A DNA stretch of 62,822 nt, filler included. It is 6 parts of 6 records of this genome, joined end to end, with 100 filler letters (N's around TTAATTAATTAA, not from the genome) between each part and the next. Parts side by side here need not be neighbours in the genome. Positions count along the whole stretch, not along the records: positions 24,766 to 29,401 come from SRR20825015_370; positions 29,502 to 34,958 come from SRR20825015_380; positions 35,059 to 38,734 come from SRR20825015_387; 3 more parts are not named here. One strand, 5' to 3'. Positions 26,581 to 36,889 of the stretch are shown one piece after another; positions within the stretch are counted from its first letter, which is position 1, and each line of letters begins with the position of its first letter. Below the pieces are notes generated by a model. That model did no database searches, was not told the origin of the DNA, and was given only the letters and a program-made list of their open reading frames with translations. A program made the position numbers and the translations under genes.

Positions 26581-27420
26581 TCACTCTTCGCTGTCGTCGG
26601 GCAATTGCGCAATCAGCTTTTCTTTCTGAGCGGCCAGAGCGGGTTCGGACACACTCGCGAGCAGGGCCCGCACATGCTCGAATCTCCCCGACTTCAGGCA
26701 AACGTTGGCCGCGTGCAAACGCATCGTCTCCCGCTCCACCGCACTGCGCGCCTGCTCCTCCAACGCGGCCCAGGCCTTCAGGGCCGCATCCCAATCCGGT
26801 TGGGGCATATCGTAAAACGATTCAGCGTAGCGGTAGGTAAACTCAATCCGATCCGGCGCGAGTTCCGCTGCTCGTCGAAAGCCCTCATGCATCGCCGCAT
26901 CGACGGTTTCGGCCGTCCAATCGCTCGACAATATAAAGTCGTCGCGCGCTTCATGGAGTAGCGTGCCAAGTTGGTAGTGGTAGAGCGGTTCGTCCGGAGC
27001 GAGTTTGATCGCCGAAAGAAAATAGTTCACCGCCTCCAACGGGCGCCCCTGCTCCGCCAGATAATTACCAAGCTGGTTTTTCACCATCGGGATATTGGCA
27101 TCATATTGATTGGCCTTCATCAGCATCGTTGCGCTCTCCTTCTCCATCCCGATCTGCCGGAGTAAGAAGCCATAGGCCGCGTAGCCCGCCGCGAATTCCG
27201 GATTTCGTCGCAACAGGCCCTCGTAGCCCAGACACACCTGCTGCATCTGCATCTCAAAATTGGCCTGATCGAAGTTTTCGCCCCCGTTCACCGCCTGTTC
27301 CATCAGCGCCCGTTGCCGCTCCACCAAAGTGCGCAAATCACGTTCCGTCATCGACTCACTTTCCGGAGCTGCCGATCCCCAGGTCGCGAACGCTAAAAAC
27401 AGAATCAATAAATACTTCAT
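26581..27420 (-). CDS. Exported TPR-repeat protein
   Basis: Signal peptide and TPR-like helices (AIKLAPDEPLYHYQLG). Confidence 0.75.
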   Translation of the reverse strand: MKYLLILFLAFATWGSAAPESESMTERDLRTLVERQRALMEQAVNGGENFDQANFEMQMQQVCLGYEGLLRRNPEFAAGYAAYGFLLRQIGMEKESATMLMKANQYDANIPMVKNQLGNYLAEQGRPLEAVNYFLSAIKLAPDEPLYHYQLGTLLHEARDDFILSSDWTAETVDAAMHEGFRRAAELAPDRIEFTYRYAESFYDMPQPDWDAALKAWAALEEQARSAVERETMRLHAANVCLKSGRFEHVRALLASVSEPALAAQKEKLIAQLPDDSEE

Positions 27421-27441
27421 GCTGATACGAGTCTGACCCAC

Positions 27442-28281
27442 TCAATCCACCAAAGTGCCCGCGTAAACATTCATTCGCATCGCTCCGGCCGCACCTTGTT
27501 TGGAGGGACGTAGAAACCCCACCAGCAATTGACCGCTCGCCTGCGCAAATTCCACCGCCGCACTCGTCGGGGCCGAAATCGCCACCACCGCGGAAATCCC
27601 CGCGCCGAGTGCCTTCTGCATGATCTCAAACGAGACGCGTCCGCTCACCAATAGGATCGCATTACTCAGCGGCAGCTCGCCGTCGAAAAATGCGCGCCCC
27701 ACCACCTTATCGAGAGCGTTGTGCCGCCCCACATCCTCGCGCACGGCGCGGAGTTCCCCATCAGTCGTAAACAGCGCGCTCGCATGCAAACCGCCGGTTT
27801 GCGCAAAGGTTTCCTGCGCCGCGCGTAACTTGACGGGGAGCCCCGCCAACACCTCGCGTCTGACCTCTACCGCGTTCCCAATCGGCGGAAACTGCGCCTG
27901 CACTGCCTCGATCGTCGCCTTGCTGCAAATCCCGCAACTCGACGACGTAAACACATGTCGTGTGAGTTTGCTCAAATCGACCTCCGCGCCCGGCGCGAGC
28001 AACACATCGAGCACATTCTCCTGCGGCTTCGCATCATCGCCCCGACAATAAACCATATCGAGCACCTCCTCCACGCGGTGAAGGATTCCTTCAGTCACCA
28101 AAAAACCCGCCGCCAGCTCGCGATCGTGCCCCGGGGTGCGCATGACCACCGCGATACTTTGGCCGTCCACCCGAATCTCCAGCGGCTCTTCCGTCGCCAG
28201 CCAATCTTCGCACTGCTCCGCCGCCAGCTCCCCGTCGAAACGGGTAATCGGGGTCGCGCGGGTGCTGTGGGCCAGTGACAT
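27442..28281 (-). CDS. fdhD: Formate dehydrogenase accessory sulfurtransferase
   Basis: EEPLEI, MRTPG, SSCGICS, TGGLHA, EDVGRHNALDK motifs. Confidence 0.95.
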   Translation of the reverse strand: MSLAHSTRATPITRFDGELAAEQCEDWLATEEPLEIRVDGQSIAVVMRTPGHDRELAAGFLVTEGILHRVEEVLDMVYCRGDDAKPQENVLDVLLAPGAEVDLSKLTRHVFTSSSCGICSKATIEAVQAQFPPIGNAVEVRREVLAGLPVKLRAAQETFAQTGGLHASALFTTDGELRAVREDVGRHNALDKVVGRAFFDGELPLSNAILLVSGRVSFEIMQKALGAGISAVVAISAPTSAAVEFAQASGQLLVGFLRPSKQGAAGAMRMNVYAGTLVD

Positions 28282-28300
28282 CCTCCCAACCTAAACAGAT

Positions 28301-28327
28301 TGTCATTCCGAGCGAAGCGAAGAATCC
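28301..28327. repeat. REP-like intergenic repeat
   Basis: TGTCATTCCGAGCGAAGCGAAGAATCC, inverted copy of 24769-24795. Confidence 0.6.
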
Positions 28328-28475
28328 ACAAAACTGCGCCCTCTCCGGCAGCGAGTCCCCTTCTCATCGCATTGCCGTCAGAATCACGCCTCACGGGAAT
28401 GTGACGCTCCCCCACCCATCAGGATACCGCGCAACTCAACTCCCCCCTCACCCCATTTCCTCACTCCATTGAACC

Positions 28476-28579
28476 TGAATGTTCGTATTACGAATAATAC
28501 AGGTTTCGAACGTCACCAGAGGGAATTTGAACTGATTAAACCCTCATTTCTGCCCCAATGTTCGTAATACGAACATTCA
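28476..28579. promoter_or_regulatory. Pair of palindromic operator-like sites in the divergent fdhD/HAD intergenic region
   Basis: Perfect AATGTTCGTA-A-TACGAACATT at 28557-77 and a near copy at 28478-98. Confidence 0.55.
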
Positions 28580-28680
28580 CTCGTCGCTGTGACTGATGAT
28601 TCGCAGAGAGATTCACTGCCTGTATAGCGGGTAGATTCCGCAGGCTTGCTCCTTGGTCTCGGCCGTATTCTTTAAATTCC

Positions 28681-29401
28681 ATGCCACCACCACGCGTGAT
28701 CGCTTTCGATGCCGACGACACCCTTTGGCACAACGAGACTGTCTTTGCCCAAGCCCACGAACAATATCGTGAGCTGCTCTCGCACTATCACGATACCGAC
28801 ACGGTGGATCGCATCCTCTTCGCCACCGAGATGCGTAATCTCAGTCTCTACGGATACGGAGTTAAAGGTTACACGCTATCAGCCATCGAAACCGCGATTG
28901 AGCTCACCAAGGGCCAGATCAGCACCGAAGAAATCAGCACCCTCCTCCAACGTGGACGAGACATGCTCGATCATCCGGTCGAACTCCTTGATCACGTCAC
29001 CTCCACGCTGGAGACCCTCTCCCCACACTTCGAACTGTGGCTCATCACCAAAGGCGACCTTCATCATCAGCAAAGCAAGCTGACCAAATCAGGGCTCAGC
29101 GAACACTTCTCTGCCGTCGAGATCGTCGCCGAGAAGGACGCCTACGTTTATGCTGAAATCCTGCGCCGGAATAATTGTCCGCCGACCGAATTCTTCATGG
29201 TCGGCAATTCCCTGAAATCGGATATCCTGCCCGTTTTATCCCTCGGAGCCTCCGCCGCCCACGTGCCGTTTCATCTGACATGGGAACACGAACGCACCAC
29301 CGAGCAACCCGACGCCCCCGGCCGTTTCCATGAATTAAGCCATCTCGGCGAACTTCCGGCATTGGTCGGACAACGCGCAGAGGGACCTGCGCGTCCACCT
29401 T
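28681..29401 (+). CDS. HAD family hydrolase (3' end at contig edge)
   Basis: FDADDTLW, ITKGD, MVGNSLKSDI motifs. Confidence 0.9.
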
Positions 29402-29501
29402 NNNNNNNNNNNNNNNNNNNNNNNNNNNNNNNNNNNNNNNNNNNNTTAATTAATTAANNNNNNNNNNNNNNNNNNNNNNNNNNNNNNNNNNNNNNNNNNN
29501 N
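29402..29501. other. Artificial contig spacer
   Basis: N run with TTAATTAATTAA. Confidence 0.97.
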
Positions 29502-30854
29502 CACCGGGATCTGATGCCCCCACCAGAGCTGGCGCGAAATGCACCAGGGCTTGATGTTTTCGAGCCAGGCGAAATAGGTGTTTTCGTATTGCTGGGGCAC
29601 AAATTTGGTGCGGCCTTCGCGTACGGCTGCGAGCGCCGGCTGGGCTAGCACGTCGGCCTTAACCCACCATTGGTCGGTCAGGAAGGGCTCGATGACGACG
29701 AGTTTGCTCTTCTCGTCATGGGGCACCATGATCTTCTTGTTTTCGATATGATCGAGACCGCGCGTCGCATTCTCTTCGGCCAGAGCCGTCAGGTCTGCGA
29801 CGATGGCCTTGCGGGCCTCGAAGCGATCAAGCCCGCGATAGGCCGCCGGAACGAACTCATCGCTGACGATGGTCCCGCGCGTCGTGAAGACATTGATGGG
29901 TTCCAGACCGGCGCGGGCGCCGACCTCGAAGTCGTTAAAATCGTGCGCTGGGGTGATCTTCACCGCGCCGGTGCCCAGGGTGGGATCGGCATAGTCGTCG
30001 GCCACGACGGGGATACGGCGGCCGACCAGTGGCAGCTCGACGAACTTGCCGATCAGGCCCTGATAGCGCTCGTCTTCCGGATGCACGGCCACAGCGACGT
30101 CGCCCAGCATGGTTTCGGGGCGGGTCGTTGCAACGATGATGTAGTCGCGGGTTTCGGTGCCGGTGACATTGCCCTCTTCGTCCGTGACCGGGCACTCATA
30201 GGTTACACCATCGGCGAGTGGATAGCGCAGGTGCCACATGTGGCCCTTGACCTCGATATTCTCCACTTCGAGATCGGAAATGGCGGTTTCGAGGCCCGGG
30301 TGCCAGTTCACCAGGCGCTTGGCCCGATAGATGAGGCCGCGCTTGTGCAGTTCGACAAACACCTTGGTGACGGCGCGCACCATCTGGTCGTCGGGCTGGC
30401 CACGATCGCCCATAGTGAACTTCTCGCGGCTGAAATCGGCCGAAGCACCAAGGCGCTTCAACTGATTCATGATCGTGCCGCCACTCTCGGCCTTCCACTC
30501 CCAGACGCGATCGATAAAGGCGTCGCGGCCCATGGTACGGCGGTCGAGCTGTTTTTCGGCAAGCTGGCGCTCGACGATCATCTGGGTGGCGATGCCGGCA
30601 TGGTCGGTGCCCGGCTGCCAGAGCACATCCTTCTTGAGCATGCGGTTGAAGCGGACAAGAATGTCCTGGATGGTGTTGTTGAGCGCGTGCCCGATATGTA
30701 GTGAACCAGTGACGTTGGGCGGCGGAATGACGATGGTGAAGGTTTCCGCGCCCGGCTTGGCCCCTGCCCCGGCCGCAAAGGACTTGGTGTCCAGCCAGGC
30801 ATCATAGATGCGGCTTTCAACGGCGGCGGGTTCGTAGGTTTTTTCTAGCATCAC
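29502..30854 (-). CDS. valS: Valine--tRNA ligase (N-terminal part)
   Basis: [36 protein letters not shown] motifs. Confidence 0.97.
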
Positions 30855-31018
30855 GTTACTCGCGAACAGCAGCGACCCGCCAGGCGAGGCCTAGGCGGGC
30901 CGGAGAAAGGTTGGCAGACTTCAAGCAAATGCTGCGTGCGGGGTCAACAGCAACCAGCCACCGTCCGATTGCGTTTCGCCCCATGCCCGCTCTCTCGCCC
31001 ACAACGACAGGTTCAGCC

Positions 31019-31306
31019 ATGAAGGACGCCGCAAAGCTAGGAACTGTGATTGCAGGTCTGATGGCAACGCCGACACTCGCTGCCTGCCCACCGCCCATGG
31101 CAGGTGATACGGCCGCAGAAATCAGAGGCAATAGCGAGCGCCTTATCTGCCTGCAAAATGAGTTGGCAACGAACATCGCGCAACGTCGATTGCAAATGCA
31201 AATAGACGCGATCAATACACGCTTGCGAGACTTGGACTTGCAGCGGCGGCTCGACAGTCTGCCGCAGCCACCGGCAAACACGGTCCAACCGCCGATAAGC
31301 CCTTAG
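31019..31306 (+). CDS. Small exported hypothetical protein
   Basis: Signal-like N-terminus and coiled-coil body. Confidence 0.5.
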   Translation: MKDAAKLGTVIAGLMATPTLAACPPPMAGDTAAEIRGNSERLICLQNELATNIAQRRLQMQIDAINTRLRDLDLQRRLDSLPQPPANTVQPPISP

Positions 31307-31308
31307 GG

Positions 31309-32088
31309 TCACTCGCCGCGGGAAACGCGGGTGATTTCCTTTTCCACCATGCGTTCGACAACCGCTGGCAGGTTCTCGTCGAGCCATTCCTTGAGCATCG
31401 GACGAAGCATGTCGCGCATCATTGCTTCAATGGTCAGGCCGGGATTGCCGATGCCAAGAGCGCTGAGCTTGCCGATGGAGCCCCGCACCGCTGCGCGGGT
31501 CGCAGGTTCGAGCAATTGCTCGGCCATATCGGCAGTCAAAGTCGGGTCCGGCAGGGACTCGGCCTGGGCGACAGGCTCTTCCACGGCAGGTTCGGGTTCC
31601 GACACCGCTTCAATCTCGGGCTCAAAAACCGGCTCCGGGTCGGGCTCTGGCTGAAATACGGGCTCAGGCGCCGCCTTGGCCGCTGGCGGTTCTTCCTGCA
31701 GCTCGCGCGAAGGCACAGGATCAAAACTGGGGAGGTCGTCTTCGGCGTCGAAGGTCACATCCTCGGCTTCCACCAGTCCGGGCGCTTCGGACTCCGCGCC
31801 TTCCGTGTCGGCCAGAATGGAATCGAAGCTGAAGCCTTCGGCGTCTTCCCCTTCCTCGACAATCTGCGAGGGTGAAAGGGCCAGCGGCTCGATATCGTCC
31901 AGCATGTCGCTGAGATCGCGATCATCCTGATCCCCCAGCGGCTTGGCCGGTGCCGCCTGCATGGGCGGAGGCGCAGACTGCGCGGATGGACGGCGCGGTG
32001 CACCAGCGGCATCATCATCGGCAATGATCTGTCGGATGGACGACAGAATCTCGTCCATGGACGGTTCTTTGGGTGCCGGCTTGTTCAT
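31309..32088 (-). CDS. popZ: Polar organising protein PopZ (DUF2497)
   Basis: EPSMDEILSSIRQII, acidic Pro-rich linker, LRPMLKEWLDENLP. tolC-popZ-valS synteny. Confidence 0.93.
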   Translation of the reverse strand: MNKPAPKEPSMDEILSSIRQIIADDDAAGAPRRPSAQSAPPPMQAAPAKPLGDQDDRDLSDMLDDIEPLALSPSQIVEEGEDAEGFSFDSILADTEGAESEAPGLVEAEDVTFDAEDDLPSFDPVPSRELQEEPPAAKAAPEPVFQPEPDPEPVFEPEIEAVSEPEPAVEEPVAQAESLPDPTLTADMAEQLLEPATRAAVRGSIGKLSALGIGNPGLTIEAMMRDMLRPMLKEWLDENLPAVVERMVEKEITRVSRGE

Positions 32089-32223
32089 CAGTGCCTCTTA
32101 CTCATGCGCCCGACCGGGTCGGCATCCGCAGCCGCCAACCCTGATTCGTAAGCAATAGCTTAACCACATGGGGGCGACTTAGGAATCATCCCAAGGCTGG
32201 AAGTTATGGTCTTCCACGAAAAG

Positions 32224-32250
32224 TTGTGGCCGGGACAGACCCGGCCACAA
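32224..32250 (-). terminator. Rho-independent terminator after tolC
   Basis: 11-bp stem TTGTGGCCGGG/CCCGGCCACAA followed by a short U tract on the minus strand. Confidence 0.7.
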
Positions 32251-32273
32251 TATTTTGCAATGCCTTATGCGAT

Positions 32274-33638
32274 TTATTCGACGACTGTCCGCAATTCCTG
32301 CCAGACGTCTTCGACCGCCTGGGTATAGGGCACGGCCGTCTTGATCTGTACCGGCAGTCCAAGGTCGCGCGCCGTCAGGCGCCCCATGGCGCTCAGCAGC
32401 GAGAAGGTGGCAACGGTCTTGCCATTGGAGGCATTGATCAGCGCTTCACGTGCGCTGGTCAGATCGGCCTGGGCGTTGAGCACGTCAAGCGTGGTCGCGG
32501 TGCCCAGGTCGCGCTCCTGAATAACGCCGTCGAGCACGGTATTGCTGGAGGTGACGGCGGCCTGTGCGGCGCTGATCTGCGCGTCGGCACTCTGGATACC
32601 GGTCCAGGCGGAAATCACGGCCTCCCTGATCTGGTCATAGGCGCCCATGGCGTCCACTTCTGACTTGATCTGGTTGAGGTTGGCCTGGCGCACACCGGAC
32701 CCGATGGCACCGCCCGAATAGATGGGAATGTTGATCTGGAAACCGAGCGAACCGCGAATACCGTCCTGCGCGCCTCCCGTGGGGCCTGTCCAGCTGGTAC
32801 CAAGCGACCCCGAGACCGTGGCAGTCGGACCAAAGGCGGCTTTTGCAGCATCGCTGCCGGCCTGGGCCGCGCGGATAGCGGCCTTGGAAAGCAGAATGGC
32901 CGGATGGCCAATTTCGGCTTCGGAAATGGCGGCATCAATCGAGCGCGGAATGAGATTGGCATAGCCATGGCTGGTCGAGAGGCCCTGCGGGCGCTGGCCA
33001 ACCAGGCGCTGGAACGTCGCTTCACTCGTCTGCAACGTGCTCACTGCGGCCTGATAGGCTGCTTGCCCCTGGGCCAAGCGTGCTTCGGCCTGCGCCACAT
33101 CAATGCGGGTGCCTTCGCCAACATCGAGCCGGTCCTGTGCGGACTGCAACTGCGCCTGAAAGAAGCTGATGTTCTCCTGGCGCAAGGACAGCAGGTCACG
33201 GCCGCTCAACACCGACATGTAGGCCTGCACGACCTGGAGCAGCACGTTCTGCTCGGTATTGCGGATCTGGTACTCGGCCACTTCGGCAGCGGCCCGTGCG
33301 GCCTCTACCCGTGCGGCGGTGCGGTTATTGTCGTAAATGGTCTGGTTGTAGGAGAGGCCAGTGGACAGGGAGGAACTGTTGCTCCAATTGCCGCCGACAA
33401 GGTTTGCGTTCTGGCTACCGCTGATCGAAGCGCCAATGGTAGGCAGCGCACCCGCTTTTGCCTGAACGATGTCTTCAGACGACGCCTTGGCACTCAAGAG
33501 GGCCGATTGCAGGTCCGGCGCGTAATCGTATGCCGCGGCCAAGGCCTGGCTGATTGATTGCGCGTGCGCAGCGCCCAGCGATGAGCAGGTCAGCAGAAGC
33601 GCACAGGCAGATGCCCGCAAAAAACCAAGACTATTCAT
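32274..33638 (-). CDS. tolC: TolC family outer membrane protein
   Basis: Signal peptide, DVGEGTRIDVAQAEAR, TTLDVLNAQ repeats. Confidence 0.93.
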   Translation of the reverse strand: MNSLGFLRASACALLLTCSSLGAAHAQSISQALAAAYDYAPDLQSALLSAKASSEDIVQAKAGALPTIGASISGSQNANLVGGNWSNSSSLSTGLSYNQTIYDNNRTAARVEAARAAAEVAEYQIRNTEQNVLLQVVQAYMSVLSGRDLLSLRQENISFFQAQLQSAQDRLDVGEGTRIDVAQAEARLAQGQAAYQAAVSTLQTSEATFQRLVGQRPQGLSTSHGYANLIPRSIDAAISEAEIGHPAILLSKAAIRAAQAGSDAAKAAFGPTATVSGSLGTSWTGPTGGAQDGIRGSLGFQINIPIYSGGAIGSGVRQANLNQIKSEVDAMGAYDQIREAVISAWTGIQSADAQISAAQAAVTSSNTVLDGVIQERDLGTATTLDVLNAQADLTSAREALINASNGKTVATFSLLSAMGRLTARDLGLPVQIKTAVPYTQAVEDVWQELRTVVE

Positions 33639-33764
33639 AAACCCGTCTCCTGACCCATTCACCCATACGCGTGGCAAATGGGGTGTACAACCGACTCAGG
33701 CTATCCCTACCAAATTTTAATTGCATCTTCATGCCCGTGCGTGACCCGATAGCAACATAATCCC

Positions 33765-34472
33765 TCAAAAGACGAACTTTTCCGGGACATCGTTCGACAT
33801 TATCGAGGGAAGCATCGCGTTGAAGTGCGCCCGCGGGACGAATCCGTCTGCCGTGCGATTCCATACTGTTGCGACCCCCGTGCGGCCAGCGCCGATCACC
33901 GCCACAAGCCGTCCACCCGGCGCCAGTCGTTCCAGATAGGTGTCCTGAACATTATCAATCGCCCCTTCGAAGACCATGACGTCATATGGGCCCGCATCCA
34001 GAGCGTCCTGCTCATGGGTGAGAACGGATACGTTCGCCGCGCTAATCCGACTCAGATTGTGAACCGCAATCCTTGCCAGGTCTTTATCAACCTCGTAGGC
34101 GACAACCGAGGCGGCGATCATGGACAATATTGCAGACGAGTACCCCGTGGCGCAGGCTACATCCAGAACACGGTCTGTCGGCCCGATTGCGGCCAGTTGA
34201 GCGATGCGGGCAAATTCGACCGGAGAGGACAGCTTTCGGCCATGACCGATATCGTGCTGCGCATCGCTATAGGCGAGTGCTGCGCGATGTTCGGGCACAA
34301 AATCTTCGCGCGGAACCGTCCGCAGCGCAGACAGCAGGCCCGGCTCCACAACCGAACTCACCGCAATCTGACTGTCCACCATGGCCTTGCGTGCCAAAGG
34401 AAAATCGTTCCCGGCCACGTTCGGCCTCCCGCCTGCATATGCCGGACGTGAATATGCCGAGACAGGGCTCAA
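33765..34472 (-). CDS. pcm: Protein-L-isoaspartate O-methyltransferase
   Basis: MVDSQI, VPREDFVP, VLDVACATGYSSAIL, LAPGGRLV. Start may be downstream. Confidence 0.88.
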   Translation of the reverse strand: MSPVSAYSRPAYAGGRPNVAGNDFPLARKAMVDSQIAVSSVVEPGLLSALRTVPREDFVPEHRAALAYSDAQHDIGHGRKLSSPVEFARIAQLAAIGPTDRVLDVACATGYSSAILSMIAASVVAYEVDKDLARIAVHNLSRISAANVSVLTHEQDALDAGPYDVMVFEGAIDNVQDTYLERLAPGGRLVAVIGAGRTGVATVWNRTADGFVPRAHFNAMLPSIMSNDVPEKFVF

Positions 34473-34562
34473 GGCAACCGGCTGTCCGTTATCGCGACGA
34501 ATTAGACGTAGGTGTTGCGGATTGGCTTTTGGCCGGGCAGGACGGCCCCACCAGCAGCAGGC

Positions 34563-34775
34563 CTATTCGCGCCGGCCAGATGGGCTTGGCCGCTTGAACT
34601 GGTCGGTCAAGGCCAGCAGCACCACCATATGCAGGCGCTCCGGCGTCGTCGGGGGTTTGAGGCATTTGACTCGAGAGGACACGGTGTAGCGCGCGCCGTT
34701 TCGTTCACCTGTCGCGGTGTAGACGAGGTACTTGCTCGCTTCGTCATAATAGGACGAGGTGACCTTGAACTGCAT
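34563..34775 (-). CDS. Small hypothetical protein
   Basis: 70-aa ORF with AGGCAGG upstream. No motif. Confidence 0.4.
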   Translation of the reverse strand: MQFKVTSSYYDEASKYLVYTATGERNGARYTVSSRVKCLKPPTTPERLHMVVLLALTDQFKRPSPSGRRE

Positions 34776-34921
34776 AACCTGCCTGCCTGTCCCGACCGGC
34801 TATTCGGACACGCTTGTTTAGAGTGCACAAGCCAGCCGCCGCCGCGCTGGCCAGAAAATTCACAGCGCAACACGCAACCTATTGCATAAGCGATTGTCGT
34901 CCAATAGGTACAGCGCCCAGA

Positions 34922-34958
34922 GGCCGCGTGGCGGAGTGGTTACGCAGCGGATTGCAAA
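34922..34958 (+). tRNA. tRNA-Cys(GCA) 5' half, truncated
   Basis: GGCCGCGTGGCGGAGTGGTTACGCAGCGGATTGCAAA shows D-arm and GCA anticodon loop. Confidence 0.85.
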
Positions 34959-35058
34959 NNNNNNNNNNNNNNNNNNNNNNNNNNNNNNNNNNNNNNNNNN
35001 NNTTAATTAATTAANNNNNNNNNNNNNNNNNNNNNNNNNNNNNNNNNNNNNNNNNNNN
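34959..35058. other. Artificial contig spacer
   Basis: N run with TTAATTAATTAA. Confidence 0.97.
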
Positions 35059-35202
35059 GAAATCATGCGGTTTCGCAATTACCTGATTGCCGAAGGCCTG
35101 ATCATGCTAGCCGATCGCAAGGGACCGCGCGCCATACAGGACAAAATGAATTCGTTCCTTGATCCGGCGATCCATTTCAATATCGACAAGTCCGCAAAAT
35201 AG
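35059..35202 (+). CDS. motA: MotA/PomA-like stator protein C-terminus (partial)
   Basis: LIAEGLIMLADRKGPRAIQDKMNSFL directly upstream of motB. Confidence 0.65.
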   Translation, partial: EIMRFRNYLIAEGLIMLADRKGPRAIQDKMNSFLDPAIHFNIDKSAK

Positions 35203-35236
35203 CGGCCACAGACAATATGCTTGACGACAGGAGGCC

Positions 35237-35932
35237 ATGATGGCCCGACGCAAATCACCGATGGGGCGACGCCAGGAAGAACTGGTCGAAGAAGACTGGA
35301 TCGTAACCTATGCCGATGCGATCACGCTTCTGATGGCGTTCTTTGTGATGCTGGTCAGCTTTTCCAAGGTCGAAATCCCTCTTTTCGAAAAAGTACAATC
35401 AGGTATTGCCGAACAGATTGGCAAACGCGAGATCGTCCGCCCGACGCAGGTTCTCGAAACCGATCTGAAGGATGTTGTGTTCAACACATCAATGGATAGT
35501 GCCGTCAATGTTTCGACCGACGACGAAGGTATTCTGATGGAACTTGGCGGCGGCGCATTTTTCCATCCCGGATCAGCCAATTTGACGCAGGATGCGGTCC
35601 TGTTCCTTAAAGATGTTGGGGACCTGTTAAAAGAACCCCGTTATCTTGGCTTTCAGGTCGAAGTGACCGGGCATACTGACGACAGCCCGATCAACACACC
35701 ACGTTTCCCGTCGAACTGGGAACTGGCGGCCGGGCGATCCATTGCCGTTGTGCGCTTTTTAACCGCGGTCGGGGTTGATCCGGAAAGTGACCGCATGCGG
35801 GCAATTTCCTATGGCGATACCAAGCCGAAATTGCCCAACCGCGGCGATGATGGCAACCCGATCGAAGAAAATCGCGAAGCCAACCGCCGTATCGAAATTC
35901 GCATTTTCCCAAAATATTCGCGCGTATTCTGA
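35237..35932 (+). CDS. motB: Flagellar motor stator MotB/OmpA-domain protein
   Basis: WIVTYADAITLLMAFFV plug/TM, GHTD, SNWELA, NRRIEI motifs. Confidence 0.92.
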   Translation: MMARRKSPMGRRQEELVEEDWIVTYADAITLLMAFFVMLVSFSKVEIPLFEKVQSGIAEQIGKREIVRPTQVLETDLKDVVFNTSMDSAVNVSTDDEGILMELGGGAFFHPGSANLTQDAVLFLKDVGDLLKEPRYLGFQVEVTGHTDDSPINTPRFPSNWELAAGRSIAVVRFLTAVGVDPESDRMRAISYGDTKPKLPNRGDDGNPIEENREANRRIEIRIFPKYSRVF

Positions 35933-35961
35933 TGTTGGTGGTGCGCGTTCTGCCGGGTACC

Positions 35962-36786
35962 CTATTCGATAACGACGACCATTTCATCGCGCGCGGCAAA
36001 GACATTTGACCATTGGCTGCGTGCCTGCTGCTCGATCTCGGCCATTACCACATCATTGTGATCGGGATCATGATGAAACAGGGCAAGCCGTTTGACGTTT
36101 GCCGCCTGACACAGCCGAACTCCCTCCTGCCAGGTCGAATGCCCCCAACCAACTTTGGCCGGGAATTCATCGTCGGTGTAGGTGCTGTCATAAATCACGA
36201 GATCAGCATTCCAGATGAAATCAAGAACCACCTCGTCAGGTTGGCCCAGCATATGTTCGGTATCGGTGACATAACAGACAGACTTGCCGCCATGCTCCAC
36301 ACGATACGCCGTCGCCCCGTTGGGATGACGCAACGGCCCGGTCCGAACGGCAATCCCATCGGCCGGGTATAAAACCGTCCCGACCGTGAAATCTTCGAAT
36401 TTCAGTTTTGACTTCATGGCCGAAAGCGGTACCGGAAAGGTTGGATCGGCCATCTGGGCCGAAAACACGCGCTCGACCCCACCCTGCTCTTTCAAATGTC
36501 CGGCCAGCACGTGAAAACGTGCAGCAGGATTATAGGCCGGGACAAAAAACGGGAACCCGTTGATATGGTCCCAGTGGGTATGCGTCAGATAAATGCTGGC
36601 TTCGGTTACCTTGCGCCGGATCAGATCCTTGCCAAGATTGCGAATACCGGTTCCGGCGTCAAAGATCAGGGTATGATCACCGATCCGCATTTCGACACAA
36701 CTGGTATTGCCGCCATAAACAACATGGTCAGGGGAAGGACAGGCAATGCTCCCACGAACTCCCCAGAACTTTACATCAATTGCCAT
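35962..36786 (-). CDS. MBL-fold metallo-hydrolase
   Basis: FWGVRGSI, GGNTSC, THTHWDHING, GWGHS, FHHDP motifs. Confidence 0.92.
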   Translation of the reverse strand: MAIDVKFWGVRGSIACPSPDHVVYGGNTSCVEMRIGDHTLIFDAGTGIRNLGKDLIRRKVTEASIYLTHTHWDHINGFPFFVPAYNPAARFHVLAGHLKEQGGVERVFSAQMADPTFPVPLSAMKSKLKFEDFTVGTVLYPADGIAVRTGPLRHPNGATAYRVEHGGKSVCYVTDTEHMLGQPDEVVLDFIWNADLVIYDSTYTDDEFPAKVGWGHSTWQEGVRLCQAANVKRLALFHHDPDHNDVVMAEIEQQARSQWSNVFAARDEMVVVIE

Positions 36787-36889
36787 TCGCTGCCCTTCAC
36801 ATATGTCTGTGGCTGTCGTCCGCGACAGACGAATGCATCAATCCCGTTGAAATATAACACTCATTTCGCAAAAGAAAATTACCCGTGTT

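Noticed and set aside
28557-28577. Verrucomicrobial LexA box
   Set aside because: That motif is TGTTC-N4-GAACA as I recall it. The spacer here is 7 nt.
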